Positions 54,045 through 64,000 of a DNA stretch of 64,000 nt are shown here, one piece after another. The position numbers were made by a program, and so were the translations under genes. Source of the stretch: Balanoglossus misakiensis (lineage: Eukaryota > Animalia > Hemichordata); NCBI GenBank assembly GCA_040954595.2, contig CM082596.2, forward strand, positions 1,827,854-1,891,853. The letters run 5' to 3'. The notes beneath the pieces were generated by a model. That model had not been told where the DNA came from. It saw only the letters and a program-made list of their open reading frames with translations, and made no database searches. Position 1 is the first letter of the stretch; every line of letters starts with the position of its first letter.

Positions 54045-54360
54045 TCTTAACGGGTCAGCGACTGGTGCAGTGGATGCGGAGCTTCTGGAGAACAGTGGAT
54101 TAACTCTGCGGCAGTCTTTGGATCACTGCTGAGAGTTTCACGGGAAGTCGAACTTAACTGCGGGCAGCGAGGGAAAGCAGCGACTGACTGTCCAGCTCCC
54201 ATCCGGATAGCAGAGAGGCTGCAACACTTTTTCCCTGACGTAAAATGCTGTCACCATGACAACTGCTCGTCGAAGCTGTAAAGTATCTATTTTCGACAAG
54301 TTTAATTTCTCCCGGAGCAACAGCGTCGAAAGCATCGATCTCTGGGGCTCAACTAATTAT

Positions 54361-54371
54361 TTTTATATAGC
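54361..54371 (-). promoter_or_regulatory. TATA box candidate for the RKxTP-motif gene
   Basis: GCTATATAAAA on the minus strand, ~320 bp upstream of ATG 54044, at the edge of a more GC/CpG-rich putative 5' UTR. Confidence 0.45.
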
Positions 54372-56613
54372 AAATTTAATTGGACTCAGCGTTTGCATGC
54401 TGGCATCGTTACACTAATAACCAGAATGTTCAGAAACAGACTGAATATTAGGATGTCACAGACACTGCTCTTATTGAAATAATCCAAAATCAGAGAAGAC
54501 ATCTGAGTGTAAAAATACTGCTTTTGACAGAAAGTGTTGCATACTGAAATTGCACATTATACAACTGTTTTCGATACCAAAACAGGTTCAAGGTTAATTG
54601 TTACAAGAGAGAGTCCGAATCCCAAGTTTCCTAATTAGATTGTTTTTTTTATACCAGAATGTGTTTTATTTGGATACCAGAATTAATTCTGCATAATAAG
54701 TTTCATGGTACCATTGCCTAAAACAAACGTGCCTCCTGGTCAAACCGCGTGATCGCCAGGTGAATGAAATATGAAATCTGATTACCGTATTGTTGAATAA
54801 CCTTGCTTGATACTCGTTAGGTAATTACCCTCTCTAATGATCCGGGCAGATAGTAAAATTAATTGGACAAACCAGTGAAATTGTGCTTCACTTCTCACTT
54901 CTAAGAACTCAGTACTGCTGAGAATATCAGCAAAGAGTCACCGCTCATTTTTATCCGCTACAATACTTCACGCGTGTACCCTCGACAACGTTTTGTCGCA
55001 CCGTGCCTGGAGTCTCTGAAGTGACACAGCACGTGTACGGAAAGACAACAACAGCTTCTCCATTATCTTTTATGTATCTTCCGAGAAAACTGGATGAACT
55101 GACTCTCAAACTCGCCAGAAGTCTTTACGTTTCTAGCCTTGACAAGATATTTTTGTCAATTCAAAAAAAAAAAGACAGATTCCCCCATCCTGTAAATACA
55201 AGTGGACCCCAGGATGTTTTATAATGGATATTGCAATAGTCGCTCATGCGTGTCTGTTTGGAAAGTCAAATAAAATGAAGCCATTTTCAGTGGAATAAAT
55301 GTTGAAGTGGTGAAAATATTAGAAAAAAGTAACTTTGTTACTAAATACACCACACATAACACTAACAATGATTAATGTCATGTTATCCCCAGATATTCCC
55401 CTCCCCTCCTTTCTCTGTCTCTGTTTCTCTCTGTCTCTCTCTGCCAGTCTGAGGCTCTGGCACTCTCATCAAAAACTTTATAATTTGATTTGTTGAAGGC
55501 ATCATTCGGCATTCTCTTCATTTTATGAAGAAAACTTTTGAACATGGAAGTTTTGCAGATGATTTAGCATGGCTCTCTCCTTGCCTGGGGGTTTTACATT
55601 GTGATTTCGAACTAATCCTTTCTTTTATCTGTCAAAGTTCCGCAGTTTATGGGCCGTGTAATTTATTCTCTGGAGATTCCCAGGTTCAATAAATTCGTGG
55701 ATGCTTTTAAGATTCAGTTCGTGTGCGGCGGTTTTTATGAGATGCCGAACATTACTTCACTGGCGGGCAATTATACTGAAGGTCTAGCACAGCTTGGCTT
55801 GCACAGTGAGATTTTCAGAACCATAGAGGGAATACTCCTTGGTGGATGCCAATGAAACCGAGTCAATTCATTCGGGATTTTCGATTTGAATCTATATTCC
55901 CAAACCAACGTCATGTTTACCCATCTGTGGATAGTGATTTCGAACAGTAGATCTCGTCTCCGGTTATTGCTGCCTGTAGCCTTAAAACACGTCACAGATC
56001 TGGCATGACGTCTGCATGCACATCTGTCTGGCCTTCAGCAGTGTGTCTCAATCCACTATGTCGGTGGCAACGAGCTCTGTATGGCCTGTGGAAATATCAT
56101 TCGAAAATTACAGCTCTCTAAAAAGTTTGAAGTTGCATATTCAAAGGGTGGGGTAAATTCAAATGACTTGGATTATCGAAATGAGTATAGGCCTGGATGA
56201 ATGAGTAATTAATTATGAGTGATTGATGAATGAGGGTGGTCATAGTCATAATTTATGAGTGGAATTTTTTTTTGTCAATGATAAATATCCGATTTATATC
56301 TTCTAGCAAATATAAAATATTGATAAACCGGAGTTCACCATTTTTATTTGTTTCTCCTTATCTGACTGAGTAACATATCCCATGATTTTGATTAATGTAT
56401 TGCAGATCCCTATTTTGTCCAATATCTAACATCGTAACCACCATAAACTGTCGGTGAAGATGGTAGCCTGGCTCTAAATGAGTTGATCAGGTGTAGAAGA
56501 AAGATGGAGGCAACAAAAGATGAAGAACAGAGACCAAGCAAAGGTAAAGACGCTGCATATCTCTTCATCTGATTTTAATCACATTGCATTCCTGTTCCTT
56601 GTCTTCATTTTCA

Positions 56614-56614
<1 letters not shown>

Positions 56615-56648
<34 letters not shown>
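56615..56648. repeat. Poly-C tract (~34 nt)
   Basis: Direct observation. Shorter G/C homopolymers occur at ~1058, 12588, 22206, 28541, 28717 and 51063. Confidence 0.9.
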
Positions 56649-56651
<3 letters not shown>

Positions 56652-57030
56652 TCTGGTGACTTGTATGATATAATGGGAAAATAATGTGTGGCTGTTGGCA
56701 ATGGAGGTTAATAACCAAATGTGAGACGTCGACACCTGACAACATATCCATTGAACTGATTGTGTTTCCCGAGGCATTCAAGGTGACATCAAAGTGGTTT
56801 CCGAACCTGTTTTAAAAATGCAAAATGACGTGTCATTTTTTATTAAAAAGGCAGTAGTTGATGCCCTGGGTAATTGTAATGTAGATTGTGAGATCCTGTC
56901 AGAAGCATGCTACATGTACATGTATTTTACAATCAAGATCTGATCAAGACGTGAGACGCCACCAACGTTCATATGCGTTCATTTGGTTAATAAATTTTCT
57001 CGGTCATCGTTGGAGGCGCTGTCCACTCTG

Positions 57031-57232
57031 GGCGTTCTTAGCAACGCCTATGCCTCGACGTCACTGTCATTGACTGCTCATTATCTTTACATCGGGCAAG
57101 TACACCATTCGCGAAGAATTCTTCGAGGCAGGGACAACTTGTCAAATTTTGACTGTACCCTGGAAACACCGAGACTAGACGATCGTTCACCGGGTGAAGC
57201 GCGCGTCACCGTTGCCTAGCCTCTGGTTGCCA
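57031..57232 (+). promoter_or_regulatory. CpG-rich promoter of the small orphan gene with RFX X-box-like motifs
   Basis: Near-palindrome GGCGTTCTTAGCAACGCC (57031-57048); half sites GTTGCCTAG (~57211) and GTTGCCAAG (~57226). Confidence 0.45.
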
Positions 57233-57399
57233 AGTGTGTCGACGATCGCGACTCGTAGAGGATACACGCTTCGGTGAGTCGACGTACACATCGAGACAGG
57301 TGTTTTGGCTTGGGCCAGTCAGGTGTATGTTACGATCAATGCAAAGATAGGCCACATCAACCAACGCAAAAAGTCGTGAAATCTACAAGGATCACCAGT

Positions 57400-59557
57400 A
57401 TGTCAGCGTTACATTGGGAAGCGTTGAGGAAGCAGAGAGTATTGGACCGCAAGCAATACATTCAACGACAGCATCGGGTAAGTTGTTTTCTTTCTCGATC
57501 GACTTAGTGTCTCTGTGTTTACAGATCTTGAATGAATAGTAGCTTTTACATACGCATTTGAACCACGTATGCGCCTCGCACCTTCAAATTGCCACATTTT
57601 TACGACTTGGCAGGGCATTGAAACGCGACATGGAAATCGATCGACGCCAACAGTGTTGAACATCATTCAATGCCGTGTAGTACATGTCAGATATGAAATT
57701 GACAACCTTAAAATGTCATTTGCTGTGCATATTTCACCCGGATTATACTCTTATAGCATGTTAATTTCTTCTCTGGCATAACCCTACACGGCTACAAAAC
57801 GGGGACAGAAAAACACCTTTTCTTTGAACTGGTGCATGGATGGTACTTATTAGTGATTATAATAAAATCAATACTTTCCACAGTGTTTCAACACAGCCCT
57901 GGGTGCCCAGCCAGGATCGGGCCAAAGTAACAAAACCCTCATCGATTTTTTACCACCCACTTTATTGAATTCTTGAAAAAAGTCATTAATCTATAGGTAT
58001 TAAAATAGCGCCCTCAGTGAATATAGCGTCAGATGTAGTTGTCATGGTGATTTTCACTGATGTCATATGTCGGAGTACAGTTTTGTCACATAGCTAGGAC
58101 AGATAACAAAATACGTAAAAGTATCACTTTTATTTCAGAATAGGTTTTCTATCAAAGAGTGTGAACAAAAGTTAATAAACTACCCTGTGCTTCCTTTTAA
58201 TACTATAATGAAGGTGTTTAGGTGAACTGTTCTTCAATGTAGGAATAGTATTGCCCCAAAATAAAATAACTTTAGATGTATGAAATTTCAGCAGTTTGAA
58301 AATATTATATACTTTATTGGTGGAACATGCCTAAATGGTTATTGGTGTACTGAGCCCGGCAAGGTATTCATTACAAATTGCTCCATGCTTGGATTCAACA
58401 CAACTGCAGTGTCACTCTGTAAAATGATAACCCTTATTTCCATTGGCCCAGAGATGTACCCTTGTTGCCATTTTACGGACTGTTTCTCGTGTAAACAATA
58501 AGGTCAGTGATGGTGCTGGCTCAGTCAGACCAATTAACTCCAAACTGTGGTGATAGCTACATTGAGTGTTGTTTTACTAATCATGTGCCACACCCACCTG
58601 ATAGACAAGTATAGGCTGGATTAAAGTGTATTGTCTTCAAAATGGGTGACCTGTTTAATGAGGTCAAGCAATTACCCCCTGGGCTCACATGTCAAAGCTC
58701 AACAACTTCACCATTATTACACTGTGTGAGTAGAAACTTTATTACCCCGGTGGTATACTTAAACACAATGGAATCAAGTTCCCATTGTGTTACTATGAAT
58801 GGGGCCATGCTCTGCACACATTACATGTATACATTCATTCTCGTTGACATATCTGCCTGGCGACCGATGTTCAACACTGGCGAACTTGTCACCTGGAACC
58901 ATGGCAGGGTTGCTATGGTTACAGGTGTATCATGGCTGATCATTGAAACTCCGACATTGACCTTATTTGTTCAGTGTGGACTTTGAAATGTGATAAGTGT
59001 TTAAATTGTTGAGTAACTCAAGAATGTTGGCTGTCAAGGAACAATCTGTTATGTGTTGTCTGCTTGTGGCATTGTGGGAAAATAATTTGCTTAAATTTTC
59101 TCAGATTATGAAAAGAAAAGAAATGAATATTGTTTTAACTCCCTTTTCTCCTCAATGCAGGAAAAACGGCAAGCACTTGCTGACCAAAATCGCAAGGAGC
59201 TCGAAGAGGAATACAAAATCTTCAAGAGTAATGACTCCAGGCGCTTGACAACAACATACGACAAGCGTCTGGAAGAAATGCTACCATGCCCTCGGGGCGA
59301 ACATCACCGCAACCAAGATCCGATCAGACGGAGAGATTTCATAGAAGCTAGTCAAAGAGACTACAGTGCTAAAGTTGCAAACAGATATTCAGTAAGTGTA
59401 TATCAATTGTATTGAATCATTTATATTGAATCATATTGTATTGTATTTTATATAACTGCTGTTTTTGAAGTTGATGTCTGCCATGTCATAAGGGCTTAAC
59501 TATTTCTATTTCTTTCTTTTTCACCAACAGTCAATCAATTACGCTCAACAATGGTGA
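57400..59557 (+). CDS. Small uncharacterised charged, helical protein, 111 aa, 3 coding exons
   Basis: Exons 57400-57477 (MSALHWEALRKQRVLDRKQYIQRQHR|GTAAGT), 59161-59391 (EKRQALADQNRKELEEEYKIF...VANRYS|GTAAGT) and 59531-59557 (SINYAQQW*). Both introns are phase 0 with strong pyrimidine-tract CAG acceptors; AATAAA at 59640. Confidence 0.8.
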
Positions 59558-60594
59558 AGTTCTTGCAAGAAGACTAAATGGATCACTCTGTTATTCTGCA
59601 ATGCACAACAAACCATCTATCCGTCCTGCAATTTGCAAAAATAAAAATGATTTTTTGACTCCGTCCCGTTTATTTTGATGCAGACAAGTATTAATAATCC
59701 AACAATAAAAGTTGTGTGCAATGCTACATACTGGTGCAGTCGTGACCTCCAGTTTAGAAATGAAAATATTGCCATGTTCGTGTTGTTTTTAGATAGGACG
59801 CATATTTAATTATGAGCAATAGAAGGCATTGCAAGATGATATCAACAGAAAAATTCACAGATTTTTGTGCCTTTTCCCACTTGATAAACAATACAAACCA
59901 CAGTCAATCCATATTCTAGTTTCATGTAACACTTAAGTGACAATATCTCAGAAAATCTGTAGCCATGAAAATGCTTATACTGAACCATGATTATTTTTTG
60001 ATATCTCATAACATGTGCCAGGATTTATGACCATGTGAGTGAAATCTAATATACTTGTACATAGAGTTGTGTATTTGTTGATCATGAATTAACACAAAGA
60101 GTCTGGTATTCTAATATTTTCAGCCCAGAAAGGCAATTTATTAATATTAAATCTCAGCGTGTGTTTGTTTTGTGGAAGTTGTGACATCGGGAACTGATAA
60201 GGAATCTTTTTTAAAGCATTATTACAATTCAAGTAACAGTTTGAATTGAACACTTTTGTTTTAAGTTTTTTGCAAAAATGTGATGTGATGTTTGCCTTCA
60301 AAGTGAAAAAAGAGCAACTGCCATCAGATGTTTATTTTAGGATTTTAATTATTACGACCGATTTGATTGATCAGTAGTAATTATAAATATTCCTTGTTGT
60401 GAAATAGAACATGTTGAAGTGCTACAAAAAGAAATGATAAGATTTGGGATTTATTCTCTCCACTGCAACACTCCCTATATACAAAGAAACGAGGGAAGAA
60501 AATAGACTATTTCTAGCTGCTCTCCACCACTGTATTTTCAAGCCAAGAAAAACACACACCATATATATATATGTCTGACAATAATGATGGTCAC

Positions 60595-61972
60595 TCAGAT
60601 CATCTGCAGATCGTATTCATCTCTAATGTTGAACAACTCTTTCAGCAAAGGAGGAACAGACTCCACTAATTGGCACACTTTCCCTGTAGCTGTCTCACAC
60701 ACATATTGAAATCCTCTCATATGCTCTATGTTGAGCTGCCTCAGTTCCACCAGAAAGTGCAGCACTTTTGGCAACAGACTCCGATTTTCCGGGCGATTCC
60801 GATGGATTTCATACTCCAGCGCCATAGCCAGTTTGTCTTGAAAATTTTCCACTGTCTGTTTGTCTTCCAGTTCCTCACGGTCTTCAAAAAATTAAACCGT
60901 ATATAACATTAATAAGCATATAATTGTCTTACATGTATTACAATGTCACCTGCATGATTTTTATCCAACACTTATTCCAAATCTCAATGTCAGAACCCTA
61001 ATATATGATGCATGTTCATATAGGCAAGTATATCTATGTCATGATGGTATGAAAATGACACTGTTTGCTACTGACTTGGCACTGTAGTGTTAGCTAGGGG
61101 TTAATGATGAAATGTCTCTAATCATCAATAATCTTTACCTGGTGCAGCAAGGATCAAGGCTGACAACAGTGCCAGCTCTCTGTCCGACAAACATAACCGT
61201 GAGCACTTCTTTGAAAAGTTCAACTTATCTTCGGTTAGGCTTCTCATGAGGGAATTCTTCAGTATGTCCACCTCTGGGATGTAGACACTGCATTCAGGAA
61301 TGCATACGTGGTCTGGTGGTCCCTCCACTCGGTACGAGCTGACCAGCATGATGACCTCATAGCAACCGTATTTAAGCAGCACCACCTGGTCAGTTATGTC
61401 CAGTGATCGTAATTCTGTCAGAGATTTGGCAAACATGACAGTGGCTTGTATCGTGTTTTGAACAAATCCCATCATGAGTTGGGCAATGTCTGGTGGACTG
61501 GTCAGGATCTTCCAAGATTGTCTGCCGAGGACACTTTCTTGATTATGCATGGCCCCCTCAGAGCCATTAATACAAACGCTGTCAGATACATCTTTCTGGA
61601 ACACCTGGATGGCAGAAAGAATGAGTAACTCTTTAACATTTTCCAGATACAGATTATTGAAATCTATATATGGGCCTCCAGAAACACAAAGAGTTTCTTA
61701 CTCTCTAACATGAAAGATGACAGAAAATATATCAAAGGATGGAAATTAATCTACTGGGTTTTTACCTTGTCCTTTCTCAATAATTTTCGATATTCAACAC
61801 AATTGCTGAACGCTGTAGTGTAGATGTCGTGAATTCTATCAATAAACTCTTCCATTTCTGGAATTTGTGCTGAAGATAAGCTGGACCCAGACGGTGACAA
61901 AGTTGTTGAACTTGACTGTAGCAGTGGCATTAATGATGACGGTGATGATGTTGAAGTTGTTGTTGTTGTTGG

Positions 61973-62003
<31 letters not shown>

Positions 62004-63322
62004 GATGATGATAACGATGATGATGATGACAATGATGATATTCGAGTTTCAAGCTCTTTCAGAATCTTCTCTTTCTCTGTATGTGGTATTCGGCCCATCT
62101 TAACTTCTAAAAATAGACAAAGTTGCTAAAATTAGAATATGAAATAGCTTACTGGTCAAAGGTATTCAGCTTAACCCATTCACCACCATGGTTTGATCCA
62201 ATTACACAATAATGGTGGACCATAACAATAGGATATGAGGCTGAAAGGTTTGATACAACCATAATGTATTGTCCTCCAAATTAACAATGAAAGAAGCTCC
62301 ATTGTTCTTAACATCTTACAACATTGAAGTAGAGAATGAGAATCCAACCATTTTGACTGTACCTTTGCTTGACATGCCAACTTCAATGCATTTCTGATAG
62401 CGACAAAACTGGCACTTGTTTCTGTTATTGATGTCAATCTTGCATGGTGTTGTACTCCGATAAGGACATGGCTCGTACAAAAGATTCATTCTTAATGTGC
62501 GTCGAAAGAAACCCTGGTGATGTGAAAGTAAAAAGTACAGGTTTTAGAGAAAAAGTTTTAGGTAATATACCACATAATTGATTACTGATTACTTACAGTC
62601 AAAGTACAAACCATTCTTTTGGACTCACCTTACAACCTTCACATGAATGTACTCCATAGTGAAGACCAGTCGAAGTATCTCCACACACACAACACTTCAA
62701 CTTGTCAGCTGAAAGATAAAATTGTCTCAAAACCATTGCAAAACACTGAATCATATAGTCGACTGATTTAAATAACCCACAATGCTAAAGGCTTTATTGT
62801 CAACAGAGCCTGGGGTATGGATACCGGGCTAATAGAATACCGTTACAAAACCTAATGTACTGAATTTTAGAGACAGTTTACTTGGCACTGATTTTTGTAC
62901 ATTTGAAATTTGGAGAGTATTGTCTGTGTTCTGCATGTTACGTCATTGATACTCTCAGAGTACACATACAATAGCACTCGGGGTCAAAGACCTTTTCACA
63001 TAACAGACCTGGGTCGATGTCCGGGACATTCCTGCCAACTTCAAAACGCTTCCATGATGTTATTATTCGTGATAATCATTCCTGATCTCATTCATGGCTT
63101 TTTGGAGAATCATTATGGTCAATATGGCTGTATTATTACACAGACAAATGGAATGTCTTAAGGGGTATAGTTTATGACCACCCAGAAATTCCAGAAGTCG
63201 CGACGACATTTCAACCAGCTGAATATGCAGAAAATTCTACCACACAAACACTCACCTACAGTATTTCTTCTTCGCTTGCGTTGACATTTGCCTGAACCTT
63301 TGACTTTGTTGTCGGAATTCAT
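60595..63322 (-). CDS. PPAR: Nuclear receptor subfamily 1, PPAR-like (NR1C), ~463 aa, 6 coding exons
   Basis: Exons 63322-63256, 62708-62629, 62513-62363, 62106-61766, 61604-61139 and 60881-60595 (1392 nt, in frame). [41 protein letters not shown]...[19 protein letters not shown]; hinge [10 protein letters not shown]; [28 protein letters not shown]. RRTxRM, GRxPxxEKEK and LLKYG are PPAR-type features. Nuclear receptor identity is secure; the NR1C subgroup call needs a tree. Confidence 0.85.
61930..62040 (-). repeat. Coding (TCA)n/(ACA)n microsatellite giving a poly-Ser/Thr hinge insertion in the nuclear receptor
   Basis: Encodes [35 protein letters not shown] within exon 62106-61766. Confidence 0.85.
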
Positions 63323-63407
63323 TCTCGGGGGGAAATATTCACTTCTTTTACACTGCAGGTCTAAGATGGTGCAAGTGTGCCACCGTACAGATTGCCCGTC
63401 TAAAAAA

Positions 63408-63429
63408 AGGTCATGACCTAGTGACGTCA
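63408..63429. promoter_or_regulatory. Perfect IR0 nuclear-receptor palindrome (AGGTCATGACCT) next to a perfect CRE (TGACGTCA)
   Basis: AGGTCATGACCT at 63408-63419 and TGACGTCA at 63422-63429, 86-107 bp upstream of the predicted receptor ATG (63322). Confidence 0.65.
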
Positions 63430-63594
63430 TTGCTACAGGTGTGGTCCTTAAGTAATCAATTTGTTTGTACCTGGCGCACAGTGTTACCCATGTCGTGAGC
63501 GAAAAGTAAACAAATGAAGTCACAGAAAATGATTGTATTCTCTTCTGTCAGCCCACCTGGAAAATGTCTATGAAAGTAAACTCACATATGGCCC

Positions 63595-63681
63595 CAATCT
63601 GATTAAAATCAGATGTAGGGAACGGCGACGTGGTTTTTTTTATGGTGTCACCGTTCCCTACATCTGATTTTAATCAGATTG
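63595..63681. mobile_element. MITE-like foldback element (family A, copy 2, shorter)
   Basis: CAATCTGATTAAAATCAGATGTAGGGAACGG ... CCGTTCCCTACATCTGATTTTAATCAGATTG (31-bp perfect inverted repeat). Flanks ATATGGCCC / GTATAGCCC may be a decayed 9-bp TSD. Confidence 0.8.
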
Positions 63682-64000
63682 GTATAGCCCTATAATATGG
63701 CCAGCACTTCAATATTCATTCAATAAGTTATATAACTTCTATGCCATTGTTACCACCAACCTTAGATTAGTTAGCAAGTCATCCACGAAAGACCAGAACT
63801 AAGAACAATTAAACAACAACAAAGTCGTCTATTTCACAAGAAATACCAACCAATTTTGATGCCTTATTCTTGCAAGAACAATTGACAACTGACTCATTCA
63901 TGCATCACAATTCGGGGGTGTTTATCATTTTATTGATGACAATTCATAACATTGGATTTAGAATGGATACAACACACACTTAAAATGTTATCACTGTTCC

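Noticed and set aside
53716-54132. 138-aa plus-strand ORF
   Set aside because: Antisense shadow of the minus-strand exon 54044-53679.

Overview
AT-rich, intron-containing animal genomic DNA. Gene content and repeat style suggest a marine invertebrate deuterostome such as a hemichordate or echinoderm (inference only). Six protein-coding loci were assembled by hand from splice sites and reading-frame phase. (1) First coding exon of alpha-catulin (-), followed by a >16 kb intron that leaves the window. (2) A Tamalin/GRASP-CYTIP family PDZ scaffold (+) with a GC-AG intron, an 81-bp coding tandem repeat and a C-terminal PDZ ligand. (3) A 12-exon secreted protein (-) with architecture SP-(CUB-SMB)x4-CUB-CUB, one domain per phase-1 exon. 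(4) An ~730-aa disordered protein (-) carrying six exon-encoded [RK]-K-x-T-P-(A) motifs that resemble the phospho-inhibitory site of PP1 inhibitor-1/DARPP-32. (5) A 111-aa three-exon orphan gene (+) with RFX X-box-like motifs upstream. (6) A complete PPAR-like nuclear receptor (-) with an adjacent perfect IR0 + CRE element upstream. The window also has several MITE-like elements and microsatellites. No RNA genes, CRISPR arrays or intact transposase/RT ORFs were seen. Most short ORFs in the supplied track are noise. The multi-RKxTPA protein and the CUB/SMB protein are the best candidates for something undescribed. All models are manual and untested against transcripts or databases.
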